64,000 nucleotides of DNA. It comes from an uncultured Chloroflexia bacterium (GTDB taxonomy: Bacteria > Chloroflexota > Limnocylindria > Limnocylindrales > CSP1-4). The stretch is from NCBI GenBank assembly GCA_963763775.1, contig CAVXPZ010000001.1:608001-672000 (forward strand), read 5' to 3'. A model generated the notes under the pieces. That model did no database searches. It was given only the letters and a program-made list of their open reading frames with translations, and had not been told where the DNA came from. The position numbers and the translations under genes are program-made. Below, piece after piece: positions 52,962 to 63,134 of the stretch (position 1 is its first letter; each line of letters begins with the position of its first letter).

Positions 52962-53519
52962 TCAGACCCGGGTCTGGTACTCGCCCGTCCGGGTGTCGAC
53001 GCGGATCGTGTCGCCGATCTCCACGAAGATCGGGACGGTCACGACGAGGCCGGTCTCGGTGGTGGCGTTCTTGCGGGCGCCCGTCTGCGTGTCGCCCGCG
53101 AACCCGGGCTCCGTGTCGGCGACGACCAGGTCCACGGTGACCGGGAGCTCCACGCCGATGGTCTCGCCCTGGTAGCTCGTCCGGTCCAGGGTCATCCCGT
53201 CCTTGAGGTAGCGGGCGGTCTCGCCGAGCTGGTCGGTCGTGAGGACGAACTGGTCGTACGTGTCGTTGTCCATGAAGTGGTAGTCGTCGCCGTCGCGGTA
53301 CAGGAACTGCACCGGGCGCTTCTCCATGGACGCGCGCGGCCACTTCGTCCCGGCCTGGAAGGAGCGCTCCACGGTCTGGCCGCGCTTGATGTTGCGCAAT
53401 GTGATGCGAACCTGCGCCGAACCGCGGCCCATCTTGATGTGGTGGTAGTCGAGGATCTGCCAGAGCTCGCCGTCGAGCTCGATGGCGACGCCCTTCTTCA
53501 GTTCACCGGTGCTGATCAT
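52962..53519 (-). CDS. efp: Elongation factor P
   Basis: KMGRGSA loop, GDT, ETG..V.VP.F...GD.IRVDTRTGEY. Confidence 0.97.
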   Translation of the reverse strand: MISTGELKKGVAIELDGELWQILDYHHIKMGRGSAQVRITLRNIKRGQTVERSFQAGTKWPRASMEKRPVQFLYRDGDDYHFMDNDTYDQFVLTTDQLGETARYLKDGMTLDRTSYQGETIGVELPVTVDLVVADTEPGFAGDTQTGARKNATTETGLVVTVPIFVEIGDTIRVDTRTGEYQTRV

Positions 53520-53631
53520 GTCGAGGTGGGCTCCTGGGGGCGACCGCGGGGCGCGCGCACGCGGGGTTCGCGGTTCGAGGGTGGTTGGCCCGTCATTCTA
53601 GCCGAGCCGGCCACCGCGTCCGCGGCGGCGT

Positions 53632-53859
53632 TCAGTCCTCACGCTGCAGCGCGTCGAGACGAGCCTGGTACTCGCTCGGGTCGATCTCACCGCGTGCGAG
53701 GCGGGCCTTGAGCTCGGCGACGGCCGGGTCCTCGCTCGGCGGAACGCTCCGGCGGATGGCCCAGACGATCACGCCGACGATGAGCACGGTCGTGACGATC
53801 GGCACCGCGAACGCGAGGACGAACATCGGGCCGAGGAACCCGAACGGGTCGAAGGACAT
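53632..53859 (-). CDS. SHOCT domain membrane protein
   Basis: TM helix then LKARLARGEIDPSEY. Confidence 0.85.
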   Translation of the reverse strand: MSFDPFGFLGPMFVLAFAVPIVTTVLIVGVIVWAIRRSVPPSEDPAVAELKARLARGEIDPSEYQARLDALQRED

Positions 53860-53946
53860 GGCCGACAGCGTAGCGGCGGCACATCTGGGCCGTCAGCTCC
53901 CGACGGCGGCGGAGTCGGACGCCGCCGTGCCGCCGCGCTGCCGAGC

Positions 53947-54004
53947 GCCGTGGCCGCCGCAGGCCGCCGCGGGTGCCCGCCGCGCCTGCCGTGGCCGCCG
54001 CAGG
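53947..54004. repeat. 17-bp direct repeat GCCGTGGCCGCCGCAGG (two copies)
   Basis: Exact copies at 53947-53963 and 53988-54004. Confidence 0.7.
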
Positions 54005-54014
54005 AATCCCACTC

Positions 54015-54164
54015 CTAGGATCCGGGCTTGGTGCCCCTCTTCCGCGAAGGTGAGCGCCTGTCACACCCTATCGGCTCGTGGTCCACGCGCACCGGAGCTC
54101 GATCGCGCGTGGACTTGAGGCGCGGCAGGCCCCACACGTGCCGATGTAGGAACCGGATTCCTAG
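54015..54164. ncRNA. Candidate structured RNA, 6S-like rod
   Basis: Nested inverted repeats: CTAGGATCCGG/CCGGATTCCTAG closing stem, GTGAGCGCCTG/CAGGCCCCACAC middle stem, GTCCACGCGC/GCGCGTGGAC apical stem. Confidence 0.5.
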
Positions 54165-54175
54165 ACGCGCGACGG

Positions 54176-55402
54176 TCAGCCCCCGACGACGATGACCTCG
54201 CGTGGGAATCGCGTGAGGCGTTCCACCCGACGGGCGGCCGCGTCCAGCAGGACAAGGTCCTCGATGCGGACGCCGGTCTCGCCGTCCAGGTAGACGCCTG
54301 GCTCCACCGAGAACACGGTCGGACTCGGCAAGGGCGCGTCCGCCGCGGCCTTGCCGAGGCTCGGGCCTTCATGCGTGGCCAGCCCGATCCCGTGGCCCGT
54401 CCCGTGCCCGAAGTGCTCGCCGTGTCCGGCCTCGGCGATCGTGGTCCGCGCCACGGCGTCCACGGCCAAGCCGCTCGGGACCGGCTCCCCGGCTGCGACG
54501 GCGCGCTCGACCGCCTCGATCGCGTTCGCCTGGGCCGCGGCCACGAGCTCGTAGATCGCCAGGTCGCGCGCCTGCGGCTCGCCGACGAACAGCGTGCGCG
54601 TCATGTCGCTGCGGTAGCCGTCGACCTGGGCCCCGAAATCGAAGAGGAGGACCGCCCGGTCGAGGACCGGCTCGTCGCGTGGAGAACCGTGCGGCAGTGC
54701 CGCCTGCGGCCCGGAGAGCACGGCGCCGACGAAGGCCACCGACTCCGCGCCACCGGTGCGGATCGCCCATTCGAGCTGGAGCGCGAGCGCGGCCTCGGTC
54801 ACGCCGGGACGGATCGACGGCAGCAGCGCGGCCAGCGCCCGGTCCGCCACCGCGCAGGCCGCGGCCACCCGCTCGAGCTCGGCCGGCTCCTTGGTCGCCC
54901 GGTCGGCCTCGACCCACCCCTCCACCGGGACGAGCTCGACGTCCGGCGCGGCGGCCTGGAGACGCGCCCACGTCGCCTGCGAGACGAACCCGGCCTCGAC
55001 CGCGACCCGTCGCGCCCCCACGGACGCGACGAGTCCGGCCCAGCGCGACGGCAGGTCGTGGTACGCCTCGAAGAGCCGGGCGTCCGGCGCCTCGCGCCGC
55101 ACCTGGATCGCGTACCGCGAGTCGGCGAGCACGACCACCTCGTCGCCGCCCACGAGGAACTGGCCCGACTGGCCGGCCACCTTCTCCTCCCCTTCGCCAA
55201 GGACCATGCCGGTCAGGTATCGCGTGTGCTCGGGTCGGACGCCGAAGTACGCGTCGACACCAGCGGCCGCGAACCGGTCGCGGAGACGTCCGAGGCGGGC
55301 CGGGCGGGCGGCGCGGTCCGCGTCGAACCAGGCGACGCGCTGGGCGGCGGTCGGCGGGGCGGCGAAGTCGGCCGGCGTCGGCCGGGCCGCTCCGTCAGCC
55401 AC
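54176..55402 (-). CDS. Xaa-Pro peptidase (M24B)
   Basis: DFGA...GYRSDMTRT, HGTGHGIGLATHE.P, SVEPGVY, GVRIED. Confidence 0.94.
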   Translation of the reverse strand: MADGAARPTPADFAAPPTAAQRVAWFDADRAARPARLGRLRDRFAAAGVDAYFGVRPEHTRYLTGMVLGEGEEKVAGQSGQFLVGGDEVVVLADSRYAIQVRREAPDARLFEAYHDLPSRWAGLVASVGARRVAVEAGFVSQATWARLQAAAPDVELVPVEGWVEADRATKEPAELERVAAACAVADRALAALLPSIRPGVTEAALALQLEWAIRTGGAESVAFVGAVLSGPQAALPHGSPRDEPVLDRAVLLFDFGAQVDGYRSDMTRTLFVGEPQARDLAIYELVAAAQANAIEAVERAVAAGEPVPSGLAVDAVARTTIAEAGHGEHFGHGTGHGIGLATHEGPSLGKAAADAPLPSPTVFSVEPGVYLDGETGVRIEDLVLLDAAARRVERLTRFPREVIVVGG

Positions 55403-56774
55403 CGGCCGGCTGGTACTTCGCGACGTTCTTGAGGTGCTGCTTGTAGGTCTTCGCGAAGGCCGTCGTGTCGGACCCGTCGTTCTTCGCGATGAAGAACAGG
55501 TACCCGTCCTTCGTATCGGGGTCCAGGGCGGCGTCGAGCGAGGGTAGCGTCGGCGTCGCCAGGGGGCCCGGGGGCAGCCCCTTGCTCGTGTAGGTGTTGT
55601 AGCCGGCGAGGTCGTCGGGCAGCGCGTCGGTGGTCAGGCCGCCCTTGATCGGTGCCCAGAACACGTAGTCCTTCCATGTCGCGAAGGGCTTGTCACGCAG
55701 CGTGAGCGTGTCGTGCAGATAGAAGATCGTGGGGTCCGACTGGAGCAGCTGCGTCGGGAAGAGCGCCGGGTCAAGGCGGTTCTGGTACACGCCGGCGATG
55801 AGCGGGCGCTCCTCGTCGAGCTTGGCCTCGCGCTCGACGATCGACGCGAGGGTCAGCACCTCGTAGAACGAGAGCCCGCGCGACTTGGGGACGTCCATCC
55901 GCTCGGGCCCGACGTTCTTCGCGAAGTTGTCGAGCATCAGGCGGACCAGCTCGTCGGCCGTCGTGTCCGGCAGGATCTTGTAGGCGGCGGGCCACAGGAA
56001 CCCTTCCAGCGTCGCGCCCTTCGGCGCGTCGGCGAGGATCTTCTTCAGCCACGGATAGTCGTTGATGAGGTCCTTCGGGGGGTTCGTGACCTCGTCGTAG
56101 AAGTCCTTGGGGTCCATGTCCAGCGGCAGTGTCTGGAGCTTGGCCGTGATCTGCTCGAGGCGCAGGCCGGTGCGGAGTCCGAGATCGACGTAGGGCACCG
56201 GGGCCGGGGCGAGCAGCGAGGTGACCATCTCGGCGGGGGTCATGTTCTTCCGAAGCAGGAAGGTGCCGGCCTGGAGCTTCCCCGTCAGGGCCTGCTCCGT
56301 GGCGATGAACACGAAGGCGCGGTCGTCGAGGAGCAGGCCCTCCTGCTCCAGGCGCGTCGCGATCGTGGAGGCGGTGTCGCCGGACTGGACGACGAATTCG
56401 ATCTGGGCCGGATCCGTCGAGGCCGGCGTCGTCATGGCCGCGCCGATGTCCGCCTCGACGACGTCCTTCACGAACGGCATGGAGAGGGCCGCGGGGTTGT
56501 CCTTGGCCCAACCCAGGACCGCGCTGTTCACGAGCGGCCGCAACGCCGTCAGCATGACCACGAGGACCAGGCCGCCGAGCACCAGGGCGAAGATCAGGAA
56601 CTTGAGGACGCCGCCGATCCCGCCACCGCCACGACCGTTCCGCCCGTTCCGACCGTCGCGCATGACCGGCTCGGAGAACGGCGGGATGACCTCCGTGGCA
56701 TACGCCTCCTCGTCGTACGGATGGGCATGCGGGGAGCGTGCGTCGCGGGGGCGTCCGCCGGAGCGGAGCGTCAT
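55395..56774 (-). CDS. mltG: Endolytic transglycosylase MltG
   Basis: TM anchor, LEGFLWP..Y, LASIVERE, IAGVY.NRL, LQSDPT, YNTY...GLPPGP. Confidence 0.94.
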   Translation of the reverse strand: MTLRSGGRPRDARSPHAHPYDEEAYATEVIPPFSEPVMRDGRNGRNGRGGGGIGGVLKFLIFALVLGGLVLVVMLTALRPLVNSAVLGWAKDNPAALSMPFVKDVVEADIGAAMTTPASTDPAQIEFVVQSGDTASTIATRLEQEGLLLDDRAFVFIATEQALTGKLQAGTFLLRKNMTPAEMVTSLLAPAPVPYVDLGLRTGLRLEQITAKLQTLPLDMDPKDFYDEVTNPPKDLINDYPWLKKILADAPKGATLEGFLWPAAYKILPDTTADELVRLMLDNFAKNVGPERMDVPKSRGLSFYEVLTLASIVEREAKLDEERPLIAGVYQNRLDPALFPTQLLQSDPTIFYLHDTLTLRDKPFATWKDYVFWAPIKGGLTTDALPDDLAGYNTYTSKGLPPGPLATPTLPSLDAALDPDTKDGYLFFIAKNDGSDTTAFAKTYKQHLKNVAKYQPAGG

Positions 56775-57268
56775 GGTCGGCTCTCCGAGGGGTCGCTGGT
56801 CGGGGTCAGGGACGATCGGGTCCCGGCGCGGGCGTCGAGCTCATCCTGGAGGATGATCGCGGCCGCCTCGCGGTCCACGCGAGCCCGATAGGCGTCACGC
56901 TGGGCTCGCGTCGGCGGTCCGCCCGACCGGCCTCGCTTCATCGGACCGAGACGGTCCTCCGCGAGGTGGCTGGTCAGTCGCTCGTCGCGAAAGGTTAGCG
57001 GCAATCGCAGATCCGCGGCGACCGCGGTCCCCCACGATCGCGTCAGCGCGGCTTGTGGGCCTTCCTCGCCCGAGACGTCGTACGGCAGCCCGACGACGAG
57101 TTCCCCGACCAGGTGTGCCTCGACGAGGGCTCGCAGGGCGGTCACGTCACCAGCGCGGTCGCGGGCGCGGCGCAGCGTGGTCAGCGGCCGCGCGGCCGCG
57201 CCGTCGCCATCCGCCACGGCGACCCCGACGCGCTTCTCGCCGAGGTCGATGCCCAGGATGCGACTCAC
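56771..57268 (-). CDS. ruvX: Holliday junction resolvase RuvX / YqgF nuclease
   Basis: LGIDLGEKRVGVA, VVGLP, DERLTS, D..AA.IILQ. Confidence 0.94.
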   Translation of the reverse strand: MSRILGIDLGEKRVGVAVADGDGAAARPLTTLRRARDRAGDVTALRALVEAHLVGELVVGLPYDVSGEEGPQAALTRSWGTAVAADLRLPLTFRDERLTSHLAEDRLGPMKRGRSGGPPTRAQRDAYRARVDREAAAIILQDELDARAGTRSSLTPTSDPSESRP

Positions 57269-59118
57269 GGCGCCGGCGACGGTGAGGCGGTCTCGATCCG
57301 GACGGCGTCGTTCACGCTGAGGTCCACGCGGCCGTCGATCGTCGGGATGGTCGACACCCAGTCCGGCCAGGCGGCGAGTTCCACGGCGCCGTAGGCCGCC
57401 AGGATCCGCTTGGCGTCGTCCAGCGTCTTGCCGAGGACCTGGTGCTTGAGCTGCGCCGGGTCGAGGATCGCGGTCTCGCGGGCCGACGCGGTCGCGGGGA
57501 AGCTGATCCGCCCGCCGGTGACCACGGCCGGGTCCACGGTCACCTCCACGGAGCCGTCCACGAGACGGTGGCCGCTGTCGATGCCCGCCTTGAGGCGTTC
57601 GGCGGCGATGGCCTTGACCGGGTCCGCGTTGACGGCCGTCGCGGTGCCGGTGGCCGTCACGCCGAGGTCGAACGATTCGATCTCCTGGTCGACGAGCGAT
57701 GCCGGGTCGACGGTGGGCGTGGACGACCCGAGGAGCCGGGTCTCCGGGAAGACCGTGGCGCCCGGCGACGCGATGCTCGGATCCTTGAGCTGTTCCACGA
57801 ACGCGGCGTCGAGCTGCGCCGTGAGCGACGTCATCGCGCCGTCGACATCCGCCTGCGTGACCTTCGGGAACTCGTCGTGCTTGCCGCCGGTGGTGGCGTC
57901 GGGGTTGTTGACGTCGAGCGAGATGGGGTCTTCGCCGCGAGGGATGACCGTGATGGTGTTCGGTTCGACGTTGCCTTCCGTCCCGGCCTTGACCGCCGTG
58001 ACCTTCACGCTCGCGGTCTTGGGGAACACCTGGAGCCCCACGATGTCGGCGCGCGGCACCGTGACCGTGGCCATCGTGCGGAACCGCGTGCCGTTCGGCG
58101 TGCTGACGATGCTGCCCCCGGGGATCGTGTTCGAGGACGTGAAGTCCTTGTTGCGGAACCGGACGATGCCGGTGGCCTTGGCCTGCTCCACGCGCTTGCC
58201 GGTCGCCGGGAACGTCCCGCTGGTGGCGACGTCGACCGTCACCGTCTCGGCGGGCACGACCGGCGGGTCGCTGGTGGCATCGGGCGCGGTGGCACCAGGA
58301 TCGGCCTCGATCGTCATCGCGACGGGGCCGAGCGACTGCTCCTTCGGCGTCACGACGATCGTCGCGGATGGCAGGAACAGGTACGCGCCGACGCCAGCCA
58401 CGAGGATCACGAGCGCCAGCGCCCCGAGGGCCACCGCGAGCGGCGTGCGGCTCCGGCTCCCGGACGATGGGCGGGCCGCATCCCTTCCGGGTCGGCCGGC
58501 GAGCCGCGGTTCGGTCGGACCGCTCACGGTCGAGGTCACCGGGACCGGGTCCGGGTCCGGACGGACCGGCGGCGTGGCCGCGATCGCCGCGGCGGCGGTC
58601 GCAAGCTCGGCCGTCTCCATCTCATCGAGCGTGGCCTGCTGCGGTGGCCGTGCGGCCTTCGACGCGCGACGCTTGGTGCCGGACGCGGGGACGCGGGCGG
58701 CCTCCCCGCTGGTTGGCTCGGTCGGCTCCGCGGACGTCGCGGATCCGGCGGTCGCCGCCGCTCCGGCCGCGCCCGTCGCGAGCCCGGCCGCGGCGACGCC
58801 GGCCGCACCGCCGGTCCCGTCGCCGCGGGGCGGCTTGGGCGCCTCCTCGGACGCCTCGTATTCCGCGATCGTGCTGAAGACGGGGAGCCCGGCCGAGGCC
58901 GCGAGCGCCCGGGTCGCCGCGTCCCCGGCGACGACCGAGAGACGCTTCTCGTGGGTGAGGGCGTCGCGGGAGAGCAGCCGGAAGTTGATCCGCGACGTCG
59001 CGACGCGCGACCCGTACGGCAGGACCACGGCGACGCGCCGCCCCTCGGCCGCGCGGATGCGCGCCGCCGCCGAGGTGATCTCGTCGTCGATATCGAGGTA
59101 GATGATCCCGCCGGCCAC
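57265..59118 (-). CDS. Bitopic membrane protein with an extracellular domain resembling those annotated 'baseplate J/gp47 family'
   Basis: N-terminal IYLDIDDEITS alpha/beta domain, Ala/Pro linker, TM helix, then P.ATI.VTP, A.G.V.F.N, IP.G..V, V.A...G..GNV, N..ATTGG. Confidence 0.7.
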   Translation of the reverse strand: MAGGIIYLDIDDEITSAAARIRAAEGRRVAVVLPYGSRVATSRINFRLLSRDALTHEKRLSVVAGDAATRALAASAGLPVFSTIAEYEASEEAPKPPRGDGTGGAAGVAAAGLATGAAGAAATAGSATSAEPTEPTSGEAARVPASGTKRRASKAARPPQQATLDEMETAELATAAAAIAATPPVRPDPDPVPVTSTVSGPTEPRLAGRPGRDAARPSSGSRSRTPLAVALGALALVILVAGVGAYLFLPSATIVVTPKEQSLGPVAMTIEADPGATAPDATSDPPVVPAETVTVDVATSGTFPATGKRVEQAKATGIVRFRNKDFTSSNTIPGGSIVSTPNGTRFRTMATVTVPRADIVGLQVFPKTASVKVTAVKAGTEGNVEPNTITVIPRGEDPISLDVNNPDATTGGKHDEFPKVTQADVDGAMTSLTAQLDAAFVEQLKDPSIASPGATVFPETRLLGSSTPTVDPASLVDQEIESFDLGVTATGTATAVNADPVKAIAAERLKAGIDSGHRLVDGSVEVTVDPAVVTGGRISFPATASARETAILDPAQLKHQVLGKTLDDAKRILAAYGAVELAAWPDWVSTIPTIDGRVDLSVNDAVRIETASPSPAP

Positions 59119-59120
59119 GT

Positions 59121-60383
59121 TCAGACCTTCATCGCGCGCAGGACCCGCCGCAGGGCAGCGTCGAGCGGATCCTCGGTCGTCTGCAATTCGATCGCCTGGT
59201 ACGCGAGGCCGAGCGGCGTGACGTCCTGCTGGTCGACCAGCAGGTCGGTGGAGTCGGAGATCGTCTCGATCTGATCTGGAGCCATCACCGTGACCTCGGG
59301 TGGTCGGGCGAACGGCAGGCTCTTGAAGAATGCCTCAGATGCCAGCGCCGTGCGGATCTCGGGCAGGCGCGACCCGCCGCCGCACAGGTAGATCCGACCC
59401 GGGAGGAGCTCCCCGCCGGACAGCTCCTCCATCACGAGCTCGACGCCCGCGGCCCAGACGCGGACGTCGTCGCCCACGATCTCGGCGACGTTGTCGCGGT
59501 CGTCGACGGGCAGGCCCCGGGCGTAGTCCACCTTCACGGCCTCGGCACGCGGGAACGGCAGGTCGAGGCGGTCCGCGAGACTCTTCGTGAACGCGCGGCC
59601 GCCGAGCGCGAACATCCGGGTGCCCTCGATGCCGCCCTGGCGGACCAGCGCCACGTCCGTGGTCCCGCCGCCGACGTCGATGAAGAGCGCGCCGGACTGG
59701 CGGATCTGGTCGCTGCCGAGGACCCGCGCGACCGCGTACGGCTCGGCCACGATCTCGAGGAGCTCCAGGTCCAGCTGGCTTGCGACGCTCTGGAGCGCGC
59801 CGAGATGGACGAGCGGAGCGAACGCGTTGAAGATCCCGATCTTCACGTGCCGACCCTGGAACCCGACCGGGTTGGTCAGCGCGTAGCCGTCGATCGAGGC
59901 GCCCGTGATGGCCGCGTGGACCAGCCGGACGTCCACGTGGGGCAGCCCGGTCTCCCAGATGATCGCGCGCTCGGCCTCGTGGAGCGCCTCGCGCTGGACC
60001 ACGTCGATGAGCTTCTGGAGCTCGTTCTCGGTGATCGGCTGGTCGGGTTTCTTGCGCTCCTGGGAGTGGGTGGTGGTGAAGCCCTTCACGAGCTCGCCGG
60101 CGATCCCGATCACGACCTGCGTGGGACGGAACCCGGCCATCTCCTCGGCTTCCTGGAGCGCGACGGCGCAGTTGTCGACCACCGCGGCGATGTCGGCGAC
60201 CGTGCCCGACTGCATGTGCGACAGCCCCTGGCGCTTGCGGCCGACACCACGCACGGTGCCGTGCCCCGCGGCGTCGATGTCGAAGACGAGGGCCTTGGCG
60301 AACTCCGTGCCGACGTCGAGCGCCGTGCACGCGGCAAGGCTCTCCCCCTCGTCGCGTTGCCAGATCCGGCGCCAGAAGGCCAT
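59121..60383 (-). CDS. FtsA-like actin-fold ATPase
   Basis: ALDVGTEFAK, EPYA, IDVGGGTTD, GG..FT, LCGGGSRL; ATG overlaps the alaS stop. Confidence 0.85.
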   Translation of the reverse strand: MAFWRRIWQRDEGESLAACTALDVGTEFAKALVFDIDAAGHGTVRGVGRKRQGLSHMQSGTVADIAAVVDNCAVALQEAEEMAGFRPTQVVIGIAGELVKGFTTTHSQERKKPDQPITENELQKLIDVVQREALHEAERAIIWETGLPHVDVRLVHAAITGASIDGYALTNPVGFQGRHVKIGIFNAFAPLVHLGALQSVASQLDLELLEIVAEPYAVARVLGSDQIRQSGALFIDVGGGTTDVALVRQGGIEGTRMFALGGRAFTKSLADRLDLPFPRAEAVKVDYARGLPVDDRDNVAEIVGDDVRVWAAGVELVMEELSGGELLPGRIYLCGGGSRLPEIRTALASEAFFKSLPFARPPEVTVMAPDQIETISDSTDLLVDQQDVTPLGLAYQAIELQTTEDPLDAALRRVLRAMKV

Positions 60384-63134
60384 CAGGCCGCCGTTTCGAT
60401 GGCGGCCCGGATCGCGGCGAGGGCGGCAGGCAGGCCTTCGCGACGAGTGCCCTTGCCCTGCGCCATCTCGGGGCGGCCGCCGCCCCGGCCGTCGATGGCG
60501 GTCATCGCCGCGTTCACGAGCGCCCCGGCCGAGATGCCGCGGGTCGTCAGGTCCGGCGACACCGTCACGAAGAGCTGCGGCTCTTCCGCGTCGAGCGCCA
60601 AGGCGACCACCCCCGATCCCAACGCGGCGCTGACCGCGCGGGCCGCCCCTTTGAGCGCTTCCATCGAGTCGTATGGGGCGGCACCCGCGACGAGCCGGAC
60701 GCCGGGCGCCACGTCCGCGGCCGCGGCGAGGAGCTGCTCGGGCGTGGCGACCCCGCCCGCGCCGCCGGCCTTCAGGCGTCGCCTCGTCTCGCGCAGCTCG
60801 TCCTGGAGCGCGGCGACCCGTTCCGGGACGGCCTCGAGCGTCTGGGCGCCGAGCGCCTCGGCGGCTCGCTCCAGGACGTCGACCCGTTGCCGGCCCAGCG
60901 CGTCCGCGGCAGCGCCGGTGACGGCCTCGATCCGGCGCATGCCGGTGCCGATGCTGCGCTCGCCGGTGATCGTGAAGCCGCCGATCTGGCCGCTGGCGCG
61001 GCAATGCGTCCCGCCGCACAGCTCGAACGAGTAGTCCTGGACACGGATCGTCCGCACGGTCTCCCCGTACTTCTCGTCGAAGAAGGCGTCGGCGCCGCCC
61101 TCGATCGCCTCGGCCATGCTCATGAACGCGATCGAGACGGGCCGGTCCTCGCGGATGATGCGGCGGACCTCGTCCTCGATCGCGCGCTTCTCGTCGTCGG
61201 TGAGGGCGCGGTCCAACGGGAAGTCGAAGCGGAGGTAGTCCGGCGTGACGAGCGAGCCGGCCTGGCGAGCCTTCTCGCCCACCACGTTCCGCAGAGCCCG
61301 ATGCAGCAGGTGCGTGCCCGTGTGGTTGCGCATCGTGTGCGCGCGGCGCTCGGCGTCCACGACCGCCTCGACCGTCTCGCCGACACGGAGGCGACCCCGG
61401 AGCGTCCCGCGCTGGACGAACAGGCCCGCAAGCGGCTTCTGCGTGTCCTCGACGTCGAACAGGACGCTCCCGCCGCCGGGCTCGCGCAATGTCCCGCGGT
61501 CGCCGATCTGCCCGCCGCCCTCGCCGTAGAACGGCGTCCGGTCGAGGACGACCTCCGCCTCGCCGTGCCCGGTGAGCTCGTCGTACTCCATGCCGTCGCG
61601 GATGATCGCCACGACCCGGGCGTCGGACGCGGTCGTCTCGTAGCCCAGGAACGCCGTATCGCCCGTGCGGGCCTGGATGGCCTGGTACAGCGAGATGAGC
61701 TCTGCGTGCTTGGCGAGCTCGGCCTTCTTGCCGGAGCGGGAGCGCTGGCGTTGTTCGGCCAGGGCCGCGTCGAACCCGTCGCGGTCGACCCCGACGCCGT
61801 ATTCGGCAGCGAGCTCGATGGTCAGGTCGATCGGGAACCCGAACGTGTCGTGGAGCCTGAAGGCGACGGCACCGGGCAGTTTCGGCGCATCCGGCCGGGA
61901 GCGCCTCGGGCCGACGGCCGATGACCCGCTCCGACGTCGCCAGGCCGGCGAGCGCCTCCTCCAGGAGCCGCGTCCCCGCATCGAGCGTGCGGCCGAACTG
62001 CGCCTCCTCGCGGGCGATGGCGGCAAGGACCTCCTCGCGACGCTCGACGAGATGCGGATAGGCCTCGGCCATGATCGCGATGACGACTTCCGCGAGGTCC
62101 GCGAGGAACGGCTCGCGGCGCCCGAGGAGCCGGCCGTGCCGCACCGCGCGACGGACGATCCGGCGCAGGACGTACCCCCGCCCTTCGTTGGAGGGCAGCA
62201 CGCCGTCGGCGATGAGGAACGTGACCGCGCGCGAGTGGTCGGCGATCACCTGGTAGCTGAACCGCTCCGCCTCGAAATCGCCCGGGTCGTGACCGAGGAG
62301 CGCGCGGAGGCGGTCGTGGATCGGCGTGAAGAGGTCCGTGTCGAAGTTCGACGGGACCTGCTGGAGCACGCTCGCCAGCCGCTCGAGGCTCATCCCCGTG
62401 TCGATGCTCTTGAACGGCAGCGGGTGGCGCCCGTCGGCCCGCTGGTCGAACTCCATGAACACGAGGTTCCAGATCTCGAGCCAGCGCGGACAGTTCTCCG
62501 AGTGGTCCGGGACGCACTCCGGCCCCTCGGAGAGGTGCGCGCCGCGGTCGAAGTGGATCTCGCTGCACGGCCCGCACGGGCCGGTGTCGGCCATCCGCCA
62601 GAAGTTGTTGTCGTCGCCCGCGTCGACATCGCCCCAGCGCGCCATCCGGTCCGGCGGCAGGCCGATCTCGTCGCGCCAGACCGCCCAGGCGACGTCGTCG
62701 TCGGTGTACGTGGTGGCGGCAAGCCGCTCTTCGGGGATGCCCAGGTCCTTGGTCAGGAAGTCCCACGCGAAATGGATCGCCTCGCGCTTGAAGTAGTCGC
62801 CGAAGCTCCAGTTGCCGAGCATCTCGAAGAACGTGTTGTGGCGCGTGGTCCGGCCGACCTCCTCGAAGTCGTTGTGCTTGCCGGCGACTCGCAGGACCCG
62901 CTGGTAGTCCACCGCCCGGGTATACGAGCGCGTCTCCGACCCGGTCAGGACCTCCTTGAACTGGACCATCCCGGAGTTCGTGAAGAGCAGCGTCTGGTCG
63001 CCGGCCGGGACGAGGCTGGCGCTCGCGACGTGGGCGTGGCCGCGCTCCTCGAAGAACTCGACGAAACGGCGGCGGATCTCGGCGGCGGACCGGGACGTGA
63101 TCCGGGGGTCGTGCTGGGCGGTCGGGGACGGCAT
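60383..63134 (-). CDS. alaS: Alanine--tRNA ligase (indel near 61890)
   Basis: LLFTNSGMVQFK, FFEMLGNWSFGDYFK, GPCGPCSEI, NHTGTHLLH, ELCGGTH, GGGRPEMAQG. Confidence 0.97.

Noticed and set aside
53947-54004. CRISPR array
   Set aside because: Only two 17-bp repeats and no cas genes.
57265-59118. Prophage or contractile injection system
   Set aside because: No sheath, tube, capsid or other baseplate genes; the protein has a TM anchor and sits in a core operon.
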